21,934 nt of DNA from an uncultured archaeon (lineage in GTDB: Archaea > Asgardarchaeota > Lokiarchaeia > Sigyniarchaeales > Promethearchaeaceae): positions 14,250 through 36,183 of the forward strand of contig CAYRPF010000027.1 in the NCBI GenBank assembly GCA_964426185.1, given 5' to 3'. How positions within the stretch are numbered: position 1 is the first letter of the stretch; each line of letters begins with the position of its first letter. Shown here in pieces: positions 9,104 to 17,662 of this stretch. Both the position numbers and the translations under genes were made by a program. The notes below the pieces were generated by a model. The model was given only the letters and a program-made list of their open reading frames with translations. It made no database searches and was not told where the DNA came from.

Positions 9104-11713
9104 TTAATCTGGAAGCATTCCCAGCCAAGATTCTCCTTCTTGTAATTTAAATGGCTGATCAAGGGGGAGACGGGTATCTTTTCCAGTTACATCCCGATAA
9201 ATCAAATTATGCACGGATTCTTCGGGAATATAACTTAATATTACAGTGATTTTAACCTCATGGGACAGTTTATTGTAATCGATCATGAAAGAGACATACG
9301 GGAAGAAGACGGGAATTCGGAGTTCATCTTCTTCGGCATAAACCTTGGGCGAAATTATCAAGGTTTTATCCAAACGGTTGTAAAATATACCAGAAAGTGC
9401 ATTTAAGGCACCCCAAATTACTGGACGAGTCATATAGGAAAAACCACTACGCCCATAGAGATTCATATCCCATGGAAATCCTTCAAAAAAGCCCTTATCA
9501 TAAATCATTTTAATGATATGTAAACCCGCTTCAACTCTTCCCAAATATATCGCTTCAAGAGCTTGGTAGGAAATAGATTGCCACACATAATTCCCTTGGT
9601 AATTTTCCCCTTGAAGATGGCCATAAACGACTTCAATACCGCGAATATTTGCTTCAAGATAAGGTACTGGCATTGTTGGCAGCTTTTTGAAATATGAATA
9701 TTTGTGAGAATCCACCAAGGTTTCAGATTGAATTCGGCTGGTTCTCAAACTTCGCTCATATTTCAACAGCGGTTTTAAACCTGTATACCTAGAAAACCAA
9801 TCTCCGGCCAATGCTCCGGTAAAAATGGTGTCTTTTTCCAGCGATGTTTGAAAATATCCCTTCTCATTCCATAATTCCGATTCAATCTTGTTTAACACTT
9901 TAAAATATTGTTCATAGAGTTTTTTAGCGGTTGCTTGATGGGTATCCAAATTGTCAGAGTCGATTTTTTGCATTTTCAGTGAAAGTTGATAAAGCATCTG
10001 TAAACAGCTCAAATGTAGTGTCGCAGAATAGATAAAACCCTTTCCAAAATCCATTACATCATAGGTGGTTATCCCTTCAGGAATGTTATTCACGGACACT
10101 CGCTGAAGATACTCCCACATGGAAATGAATGCCTCCCAATTTTCACGAAGAAACTGTTCTTGTCCTTCAACAAGAATATAGCGCCCCATCTGTAGAATTT
10201 GGCTTATAGTCAAATCTACCCACTCCTCTTTCCCCTTATTTATCCATTTTATGGGTTTTCCATATGGTACTTCGGCTGTTCCTAATGCAATATCACAGTT
10301 TCCATTTCCATGCGGGATTCGGCCATTTTCCAGTAAATCCAAAAACGTCTGCATCTCTGAAAGATTTAAGGTGGGATAGAATATCGATAAGAAGATGTGG
10401 CTGGACAGACGTTGATCGTTTGTTCCAGTCAATCCACCAAATGGCCAGTCCCATGGGACTCCTTCTATGGTAAAGAATTTTCCCTCTTTAGTCAAAACGG
10501 AATTGTTTATCAAAACATCCAAGGAATTCAAGAGATAATTTTGCATCCAAGTCGGAATATTTGAATCTGCCAAGATATATTCCAATCCCAATGAATCCAT
10601 ATAAAGACGGTCGCGTTCTTCTGTCAAATAAAGCATAAGTTCCTCAGGTGTTTGGAAATGATTCAAGAAATAATGCCCGTAGTTGATACCCCAATGCTTA
10701 TTTAGTAATTTCCGAATACGTTGTTTTTTTTCAATTACATGGTCGGGCATCCACCAAACAACATAAAAATCAATTAAAATATTTGATTCTGGTTCAATCA
10801 TGAGTTTGGCAGCAATTGCTCCACTTTGTCCCTTTGGATCAAGGGATTTTTCTAAAGTTCCGTCTACTGAAAATTGTTCTAAAACCGAAGCACGTTCGGA
10901 ACTTTCATCCCACTGAATACATTTGGTTATGTATAATTTGGATTGAGTTCTAATATCTGGAGTATGGCAATAAACATAATAATTTCCCACCACACGCCTT
11001 AGTGGGTCTATTTTAGAGGGATTCAATCTTGTTGCGTATTTCAAACCTGAACCAAAACTTTCTTCAAAGATCTCAATGAAATTGTTTTTAGTATTATTAT
11101 ATTTCACCGGTCCATCAAAAGGGACCAATATTTTCGAACCTCCACTTCCACCCCGACCGAGGATATTTTGAAAGCTAAACATAAGTGAAGTAAAAATTGG
11201 TTCATAAGTCGGATTGCTGATTTTAAAGCGAAACATGGCTACAGGAAGGCTTGAATCTTTTGGATTATAAGGAATCAATGGGGAAAATCCTGTCATCTCC
11301 ACTTTTAAAGGAATGGCACTATCTCCGAAATTCAGTCTAAAACGCGGAATCTTTCCTTCAAATAGCGTGTGCTCCACGGCATCAATGTTCTTATATTCGG
11401 ATTTATAAGGCTCATGTTCATATGATTTTCTAAGAATACGAGTTGCCATGAATTCATCTTTTTTCATCCACAAAGCAAAGAAGGTACCTTTTGTTTCTTT
11501 TACCGGTTGAAACCAATTGTGGTTAGTTTGCCAGTGACCAAAACCACCATCAGTAAATATTCTAAAACACCCCGTGCCAATACCTCCCAGTGGAAATCCT
11601 TTGGAAGTGCAATAGTCCGCATACAAATTAGTATCTGGGTCATAATTAGCTCGAAAATGGGGTTGATTGGGATCAAAAGCAAGATTTTTCGCATCGGAGT
11701 TATGTGATTCCAT
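9104..11713 (-). CDS. Glycoside hydrolase family 116 (GBA2/non-lysosomal glucosylceramidase-like beta-glycosidase)
   Basis: GFPLGGIGTG and SPLIPYNPKDSSLPV (GH116 N-domain); FFTIEG (putative nucleophile Glu), IPH, TTYD (putative acid/base Asp), LAGDWF, SYMTRP. Confidence 0.9.
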   Translation of the reverse strand: MESHNSDAKNLAFDPNQPHFRANYDPDTNLYADYCTSKGFPLGGIGTGCFRIFTDGGFGHWQTNHNWFQPVKETKGTFFALWMKKDEFMATRILRKSYEHEPYKSEYKNIDAVEHTLFEGKIPRFRLNFGDSAIPLKVEMTGFSPLIPYNPKDSSLPVAMFRFKISNPTYEPIFTSLMFSFQNILGRGGSGGSKILVPFDGPVKYNNTKNNFIEIFEESFGSGLKYATRLNPSKIDPLRRVVGNYYVYCHTPDIRTQSKLYITKCIQWDESSERASVLEQFSVDGTLEKSLDPKGQSGAIAAKLMIEPESNILIDFYVVWWMPDHVIEKKQRIRKLLNKHWGINYGHYFLNHFQTPEELMLYLTEERDRLYMDSLGLEYILADSNIPTWMQNYLLNSLDVLINNSVLTKEGKFFTIEGVPWDWPFGGLTGTNDQRLSSHIFLSIFYPTLNLSEMQTFLDLLENGRIPHGNGNCDIALGTAEVPYGKPIKWINKGKEEWVDLTISQILQMGRYILVEGQEQFLRENWEAFISMWEYLQRVSVNNIPEGITTYDVMDFGKGFIYSATLHLSCLQMLYQLSLKMQKIDSDNLDTHQATAKKLYEQYFKVLNKIESELWNEKGYFQTSLEKDTIFTGALAGDWFSRYTGLKPLLKYERSLRTSRIQSETLVDSHKYSYFKKLPTMPVPYLEANIRGIEVVYGHLQGENYQGNYVWQSISYQALEAIYLGRVEAGLHIIKMIYDKGFFEGFPWDMNLYGRSGFSYMTRPVIWGALNALSGIFYNRLDKTLIISPKVYAEEDELRIPVFFPYVSFMIDYNKLSHEVKITVILSYIPEESVHNLIYRDVTGKDTRLPLDQPFKLQEGESWLGMLPD

Positions 11714-11821
11714 AGATATTAGATAATTCGTTTGGAGTATTTTAAGGATTTTGCAAAAATTAGGGGAAAATGGATCAATACTAATTGATCAAAATTATCA
11801 AAAAAAAATAAGGCATCAAAC

Positions 11822-12283
11822 CTATATGTTAAAAGTGTTTGATCCACAGTTAGAACAGAATCTTGCATCGATAGGATTTTCCGAACCACATAATGAGCAA
11901 ACTTTAGTCTTGATTTCAGTCGGTTGGGGTCGATAGGTTGAAGTTGAAGAATCGCTTGATGGTGGTGTAGTATAGCCAGATTCCCCATCAGGTCGGCCGT
12001 AAAGATTGCTCGGATCTGATTGACCATAGCCATCATAAGATGAAAAACCGGGTTCTTGACCTCCAAAAGTGTTTCCTGGGGGATTATTTGATCTAACAAT
12101 CAAATAAACAATACCACCAATGCAAAATCCGCAACAACATGTGAGCAAAACATATCCAGTTGGGTCTATTCCCCGTGATTTAGCATCATTAGCTATAATA
12201 AATGCCACAGCAATATTAATAATTAAGCTAATGATTATCGATGGGAGGCTGAAATCAAAATCTATACCATATTGAAAAAGCAT
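11822..12283 (-). CDS. Two-TM membrane protein with a Cys cluster, low-complexity linker and C-terminal zinc ribbon
   Basis: TM1 ...IANDAKSRG, TM2 VLLTCCCGFCIGGIVYLIV (PLDc_N-like pattern), G/S/Y/P-rich linker, CSLCG-x-ENPIDARFCSNCG zinc ribbon. I prefer ATG 12283 over the track's TTG 12304. Confidence 0.82.
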   Translation of the reverse strand: MLFQYGIDFDFSLPSIIISLIINIAVAFIIANDAKSRGIDPTGYVLLTCCCGFCIGGIVYLIVRSNNPPGNTFGGQEPGFSSYDGYGQSDPSNLYGRPDGESGYTTPPSSDSSTSTYRPQPTEIKTKVCSLCGSENPIDARFCSNCGSNTFNI

Positions 12284-12375
12284 AATTCTAATATTTGGAC
12301 CCAAATATTTAAAGTTAGCTTGGGATTTTTAAATCTTGGTATTCCTTTAAAAAAGGAGTTAGAAGAGCGAGTAAA

Positions 12376-12996
12376 TTGAATATAAAAGAACAATCCATTT
12401 TAAAAAAAGAAGCAGCATGGATTTCCTTTTTTTCACACCACCCTCCATGTGGTCATTTTCAAGAACACACATTTAGGCTAGGAAAAAGACATTTTTGCAT
12501 CGGGTGCTACATCGGATATCCTTCCGGTATTCTGAGTATAATTATTACCAGTTTGTGGGTCAGAAGGCAAAATGTGAATATTTCCTTGCTTTTTTATGCA
12601 GCATTGGTGGGATTTATAATATCTTTTCTTCCAAGTGTTCTTAATTTGACCCATCGAAAAATGGCGAAAATTGTGCAAAAAGTTGGATTGGGACTATTTG
12701 GAGGGGGATTTCTAGTCGCTCTTTATCATTTACTCCCTTTATCTCCGTTTTATAAGGCATTAAATATATTTTTAGTGTTTTCCATCATTATGGCCCCTAT
12801 TTTTTTACGGCATTATTTTAGTATGCGGAAAATTTGCGATGAATGCCCCGATAAATGGAATCATGAAAAATGTCCCATTCAATTCTGTTTGGCTAAGCGT
12901 TCTACTGATGGTAAAATATTAATACAACAAAATTTTGCCAATAATACTTCTTCTAAATTACCAAGGAAAAGATCACCTAATGATCCCCAAAAATAA
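12376..12996 (+). CDS. DUF2085-like Cys/His-containing membrane protein (~4 TM)
   Basis: SHHPPCGHFQEHTF...HFCIGCYIGY resembles the DUF2085 N-terminal motif; four hydrophobic helices; C-terminal CDEC-x8-C-x4-C; TTG start. Confidence 0.65.
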   Translation: MNIKEQSILKKEAAWISFFSHHPPCGHFQEHTFRLGKRHFCIGCYIGYPSGILSIIITSLWVRRQNVNISLLFYAALVGFIISFLPSVLNLTHRKMAKIVQKVGLGLFGGGFLVALYHLLPLSPFYKALNIFLVFSIIMAPIFLRHYFSMRKICDECPDKWNHEKCPIQFCLAKRSTDGKILIQQNFANNTSSKLPRKRSPNDPQK

Positions 12997-13114
12997 TTAT
13001 GCGATGTTTCACTAACTAAGGTAAGCTCATATGAGAGTAACGAATAAATTCGCGTGAAATTAGGTTTTTTTTCATTTGCAATTATTCGGATGTAACTCAT
13101 TTTGGTGTAAAAAT

Positions 13115-14080
13115 ATGGTAGAAGAACCTAAAATCGTCGATGTTGAAACAGAAACCGATGAGGAAAAGGAAAAAAAAGAGGTATTAGAAGCCCGAAAAAA
13201 AGAATTATCCGAACAAACGGTCCAAAAGGGAGATATGGTTTATGTAGATATCTTAGGACGCACTCTGGAAGAAGATTCCTCCCGGAATATCGTGTTTCAA
13301 GCCAGTAACCCTGAAGATGCAAAATTATTACCAAATTACGATCCTCAAAAAACGGACCAATATACTCCTGAACTAGCAATTATTGGAGAAAAGGGCTTTC
13401 TCATGGATAAAATTGATGAAGCAATTGCTGATGGTGTCAAATTCTTCGAAGAAAAAGTAATTCAACTCGAACCAGAGGATGCTTTTGGAATTCGTGAAGG
13501 AAAGAAAATCGAAAAGGTAAATCAGAAGCAATTCATCAAAGATATGAACGGAGAAAAACCATATCCCGGCGCAACCTATCGAGATAAGAAAGGAAGAACG
13601 GGTACCGTGCTCCGCGCAAATCAAGGACGCTTAATCGTTGATTTCAACCATCCATTGGCGGGTAAAAAGGTGGAATATCGCATTAAGGTGATAGATAAAA
13701 TCGAAGGTTTTGAAAACAAAATCAGAGCCCTTTTAGTGCGACGCTTGGGTGGTATGGAATCACTCCGGAATGAATTCAAAATAATCCACGATGAAACGAC
13801 TAAAACTTTGGAAATTGAAATTCCCCAAATGCTCATGTTCCAATTAGCCCAGCAACAAGGTGGTATTTATTTCAAAATGGGTGCATCAATGGATATTCAA
13901 GAGTATTTCAAGGATATCGATGTAGTTAAGTTTTCCGAAGTATTCCCACGAACTCCAGCACCTACTCCAGGAGCTCATGACCACGAGCATGATCATGAGC
14001 ACACAGAAGATCCAGAACACAAAGAAGAACCAAAAGATTCAGAAGAACAAGAATCAAGTGAAGAACAAAACCAAGAATAG
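13115..14080 (+). CDS. Long-type archaeal FKBP peptidyl-prolyl isomerase/chaperone (SlyD-like) with a His-rich acidic tail
   Basis: KGDMVYVD, LEPEDAFG, IF domain, VDFNHPLAGKKVEY, archaeal C-terminal domain, HDHEHDHEH tail. ATG 13115 with GGTGT upstream is preferred over TTG 13076. Confidence 0.92.
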   Translation: MVEEPKIVDVETETDEEKEKKEVLEARKKELSEQTVQKGDMVYVDILGRTLEEDSSRNIVFQASNPEDAKLLPNYDPQKTDQYTPELAIIGEKGFLMDKIDEAIADGVKFFEEKVIQLEPEDAFGIREGKKIEKVNQKQFIKDMNGEKPYPGATYRDKKGRTGTVLRANQGRLIVDFNHPLAGKKVEYRIKVIDKIEGFENKIRALLVRRLGGMESLRNEFKIIHDETTKTLEIEIPQMLMFQLAQQQGGIYFKMGASMDIQEYFKDIDVVKFSEVFPRTPAPTPGAHDHEHDHEHTEDPEHKEEPKDSEEQESSEEQNQE

Positions 14081-14172
14081 GAAAAATTTTTCCTGTTCTT
14101 CGATTTTTTTTAAGTGTTATTGTTTTCATCCGAAATAAGTCAACTAGCTTCTTAAGAATCGAAGGCTTTTTT

Positions 14173-14185
14173 TACAATGATTGTA
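14173..14185. promoter_or_regulatory. Palindrome TACAAT-G-ATTGTA upstream of the rdhA-like gene (candidate operator)
   Basis: Perfect 6-1-6 inverted repeat 12-24 nt before ATG 14197, abutting a T-rich TATA-like element. Confidence 0.4.
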
Positions 14186-14196
14186 TAATCCCTTTA

Positions 14197-15288
14197 ATGG
14201 CTCGAACGTGTGCAGAAATATACAAATTAGAACCCGAACAATATCAGCGTTTCCCGGAAGAGAATAACTGCTTTTTACGGGCATTATATGATAAAAATTT
14301 TCCTTCTTTTGGATTAGATTTAAAAACGAACATGACTAAATTAGTAGATTCAGGAGAAAAAGGCTATTCCCGCTTGGATTTGGCGTTGTATGCAGCCAGC
14401 TGGACTATTGATCAACACATGCCATTCGCTTCCAAATGGTTTCCTAAACCATCAGATGTAGATTATATTCCCAAAGAAATTGTGCTTCGCCCTCCCGATC
14501 CAATACCTCCAGAAGAACTGACAAAATATGTGAAACGAGCAGGAAAATTTTTCGGAGCTTGCGCTGTAGGGATTGCAAATATCGACCAAAATTGGCTTCT
14601 TCAAAACTCTGCTAAGGTTTTAGGAACAGAAATGGTAGAAGGTGAAGAGCAGGTTCGTTTAAAAACCACTCCAGTTGAATTGCCTGAAGATGTCAACAAT
14701 GCGATCATCATTGCCATAGAAATGGATCCTGCAGGAATTCAGTGTGCCCCAAAATTCTTGGAAGTAGCATCTGTCGGCTGGGGTTATTCGATGATGACTG
14801 CTTTAAGCGTTACAATTGCCCAATTCATCCGAAATCTGGGGTATACTGCCATCCCATCCACAAATGATACTGGTTTATCGATTCCATTAGCCATTGATGC
14901 AGGATTGGGCGCTCAAGGTCGTAATGGCTTGCTGATTACTAAAAAATGGGGTCCACGTGTGAGGTTATGTAAAGTTTTCACCAATATGCCGTTAATCCCA
15001 GATACTCCCGATGAAACATTTTTGAAGAAAATTAACGCCTACTGCAAGACTTGCCGCCGATGTGCAGTTGCATGCGAGGCTGAAGCGATATCTTTCGAAG
15101 ATGAGCCGTCATATGAATCTAAATGTTCTTCAAACAATCCAGGGACGAGAAAATGGTATGTTAATACCAATGCTTGCTATGGAATTTGGGTAAAACACTC
15201 TACAGATTGTGGTAATTGTATTCAAGTTTGTCCATTCTCTAAGACTCCTGAGAAAATAAATTCGGAAGATTTTTGGAATATACATTAA
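14197..15288 (+). CDS. rdhA: Reductive dehalogenase-like corrinoid/2x[4Fe-4S] protein, cytoplasmic (no Tat signal)
   Basis: RFPEENNCFLRALYD and GYSRLDLALYAASW (RdhA-type N-region); FGACAVGIA; AIIIAIEMD; WGYS; SIPLAIDAGLGAQGRNGLLITKKWGPRVRLCKVFTNMPL; CKTCRRCAVAC; KW...C...W...CGNCIQVCPF. Confidence 0.85.
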   Translation: MARTCAEIYKLEPEQYQRFPEENNCFLRALYDKNFPSFGLDLKTNMTKLVDSGEKGYSRLDLALYAASWTIDQHMPFASKWFPKPSDVDYIPKEIVLRPPDPIPPEELTKYVKRAGKFFGACAVGIANIDQNWLLQNSAKVLGTEMVEGEEQVRLKTTPVELPEDVNNAIIIAIEMDPAGIQCAPKFLEVASVGWGYSMMTALSVTIAQFIRNLGYTAIPSTNDTGLSIPLAIDAGLGAQGRNGLLITKKWGPRVRLCKVFTNMPLIPDTPDETFLKKINAYCKTCRRCAVACEAEAISFEDEPSYESKCSSNNPGTRKWYVNTNACYGIWVKHSTDCGNCIQVCPFSKTPEKINSEDFWNIH

Positions 15289-15312
15289 TCATCAATTATA
15301 ATGTGATTGCAA

Positions 15313-16338
15313 ATGACACCAATCAAAGTTCTTTTCAAATGGATAGTACCCTCATCTTTAAAAGCTTATCTGCAATCGAATTTGTCAAGATTATCAAATT
15401 TGAAATTGATTTTTCCAAAAGATGTATCCGAAGAGAACTTGCTCAATTTAGCTCGAGAAGCAGATGTTATAGTAGGTTGGCGCCCGACAGAAACACTACT
15501 GGAACATGCTGAAAATTTGCTAGTATTTATTAATCCAGGGGTTGGGGTGCAGCATTTAATCCCCATGTTTCAGATATTTTCCCAAAAAAGAAATATCACC
15601 CTAATAAATGGCCACGGAAATACCTTTTTCACGGCTCAGCATGCTGTAGGCTTGCTTCTATCCCTCACAAATTATATAATTCCTCATCATGAGTGGATGA
15701 AACAAGGAAAATGGCGAACAGGAGATTCCGAGGCAAAAAGCATTCCTCTTCGTAATAAAACCATTGGATTTTTGGGTTATGGACATATTAATCAACAAGT
15801 ACATCAGCTATTGTCTAATTTCCCAGTTAAATTTGCAGCTTTACGCCGTTTTTGGAATTCACCGATATTTTTTGAAGATATTCCCTTAGAAATCGAACAT
15901 TTTACACCTCTTCAAATTGACAAATTTTTGGAAATTACCGATTTTTTGATTATTGCTGTACCCTTAACAAAGCAAACACGCAATTTAATTAGAGAAAAGG
16001 AATTAAATCTTTTAGGAGAGCAGAGTTTTCTGATTAATATCTCTCGAGGTCCAATTGTAAATGAAAAAGATCTATATCTTGCTTTGAAGCACAAGAAAAT
16101 TGCGGGTGCGGCGATAGATGTTTGGTACGAATATCAGCCTGAGCCAGATAGCCAAAACCGGAAATTCCCCTACCATTATCCATTTCACGATTTGCAGAAT
16201 GTAATTCTTTCACCCCATCGAGCAGCTTCTCCCTTTGATGATCTCCAAAGGTGGGATGAAGTGATCGAAAATTTGAAAAGAATTTCCGTTGGCCGGAAAG
16301 ATCTAAAAAATATTGTGGATCTTGAGAGAGAATACTAA
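15313..16338 (+). CDS. D-isomer-specific 2-hydroxyacid dehydrogenase family protein
   Basis: GVGVQHL, LRNKTIGFLGYGHI, AVPLTKQTRNLI, LINISRGPIVNEKDLYLAL, GAAIDVWY, NVILSPHRA. Start is ATG 15313 or TTG 15307. Confidence 0.93.
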   Translation: MTPIKVLFKWIVPSSLKAYLQSNLSRLSNLKLIFPKDVSEENLLNLAREADVIVGWRPTETLLEHAENLLVFINPGVGVQHLIPMFQIFSQKRNITLINGHGNTFFTAQHAVGLLLSLTNYIIPHHEWMKQGKWRTGDSEAKSIPLRNKTIGFLGYGHINQQVHQLLSNFPVKFAALRRFWNSPIFFEDIPLEIEHFTPLQIDKFLEITDFLIIAVPLTKQTRNLIREKELNLLGEQSFLINISRGPIVNEKDLYLALKHKKIAGAAIDVWYEYQPEPDSQNRKFPYHYPFHDLQNVILSPHRAASPFDDLQRWDEVIENLKRISVGRKDLKNIVDLEREY

Positions 16339-16363
16339 AAATTAACAAAAAATGATTTTACGG

Positions 16364-17662
16364 TTAGATATTTAAAAATTCTGGATCGAACATTTCTAAT
16401 TCAGGCGAATACAACCTGCCCCGTTGAAAATAAAGCACCATATTGCGAATATCTTCCTTCTCTTTGACAACATTGGGCACACCTTGGATATGATAAAGAT
16501 CTCTAAAGCGAAAAATCTTCTCAAAACCTTTCGTTCTGATATTTATTACACCAAAATTTGCTACCCGACCTGCCGCCATTTGAAATATGGAAACATCAGT
16601 TATTTTTCCCATTATTACATCTCTAATGGAGATACCGAAGAATTTTTTTAGCATTATTATCCTTCTGTCTGTAATTACAAATTCAAACCCTTGAGCATGA
16701 TATTTACTTAAAATAATGATAATCACTACACCTGCAAGTAAAATTATGCCAATCCAAGTTATAACGGTGGAGGAAATGGAAAGGATCGCTTGTATATCAC
16801 CAAAACTTATCAAAAAATAAAGTGGAATACCGAGCCAAGCAAATAATCCTTTAATTAATGAACTGGAGCGTTTTTTTTCAAATACCTTAAACACGTGTTC
16901 TTCAAGTGTCAAATTAATTTCGGTAGCATGCTGCAACGGTGGATTAGGAATAGGCTGGGTGAGTAATGGTGGCGGAAGCGCTTGTTCTTCGGTATAAATT
17001 TTCATTATCTGCCGAATCATCCTCTTTAAACGAAATGGGTGAGGCACATTCATGAATCCCCGGATGTTCATTACATTTTTCATGGACATTCTTGTCCCAC
17101 CCCCCATATATGGCCCTTCATTTGAGGCAGTTACAAAAAGCAGATGTCCAGAGTGAAACAACCGAAGAAGAATAGGTTGATGCACTACAATGTCTACAAT
17201 ATTTGCATATTCTACCATTCGAGTCCATCTTTGGAGAAATGTATATCCAATAATGATACGACGATCGGTGATAATATAGCGAAAGGACTTAGATTGAATC
17301 AAACGCAGGGCTAAAGGTATTCCATAAGCCAGTAGAAGCATGAATCCTGAAACCAACACAATAACTAAGGCTACGAATTCATCTTCAATCAGTGCAGTTC
17401 TTAACTCGTAATAGCCGATTAGAAAAAGTGAGAGCATAAATATAACAGGTAATACTCCGACTAAGAGCACAATCCAGAGATTTTGATGATTGAGATAGAA
17501 AATCTTTTCACCCGGCTCAAATGTTACCTCATTTCGAAAGGTTTCATTTGCAAAGAAACTTTTCTCCGCCCTTAAATTGCGTAAATCGCTAAATTCTTGC
17601 ATGATTTTGTCTAATTGCTGTGTTTTTTCACCTAGAGTTGGTCGATAGGTTGAATTTTTCAT
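16364..17662 (-). CDS. Membrane protein with two bacterial-PH (bPH_2/DUF304) domains, YdbT-like
   Basis: Two [2TM + bPH] units: YIITDRRIII...IVDIVVHQPILLRLFHSGHLLFVTAS and FVITDRRIIMLKKFFG...ITDVSIFQMAAGRVANFGVINIRTKG. Confidence 0.85.
   Translation of the reverse strand: MKNSTYRPTLGEKTQQLDKIMQEFSDLRNLRAEKSFFANETFRNEVTFEPGEKIFYLNHQNLWIVLLVGVLPVIFMLSLFLIGYYELRTALIEDEFVALVIVLVSGFMLLLAYGIPLALRLIQSKSFRYIITDRRIIIGYTFLQRWTRMVEYANIVDIVVHQPILLRLFHSGHLLFVTASNEGPYMGGGTRMSMKNVMNIRGFMNVPHPFRLKRMIRQIMKIYTEEQALPPPLLTQPIPNPPLQHATEINLTLEEHVFKVFEKKRSSSLIKGLFAWLGIPLYFLISFGDIQAILSISSTVITWIGIILLAGVVIIIILSKYHAQGFEFVITDRRIIMLKKFFGISIRDVIMGKITDVSIFQMAAGRVANFGVINIRTKGFEKIFRFRDLYHIQGVPNVVKEKEDIRNMVLYFQRGRLYSPELEMFDPEFLNI

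Noticed and set aside
11719-12099. 126-aa alternative-frame ORF (and 11751..11936 on the + strand)
   Set aside because: It overlaps the zinc-ribbon membrane gene, which has clear motifs; it has no recognisable features of its own.
13076-13114. Track start (TTG) for the FKBP gene, adding MQLFGCNSFWCKN
   Set aside because: ATG 13115 has a GGTGT RBS at suitable spacing, and the extension looks non-coding.
13975-14080. Short nucleotide repeats (CATGAN/CACGAG, GAAGAA) at the end of the FKBP gene
   Set aside because: Explained by His/Asp/Glu low-complexity coding; not a DNA repeat element.
14197-15288. Epoxyqueuosine reductase (QueG) as an alternative call
   Set aside because: The RdhA-type N-terminal motifs (RF...N.F.RA.YD, GYSRLD.AL..ASW), GRNGLLIT..WGPRVRL.KV.T and the KW..C...W...C pattern fit RdhA better; the QueG-type DYH motif is absent. 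Not fully excluded without a tree.
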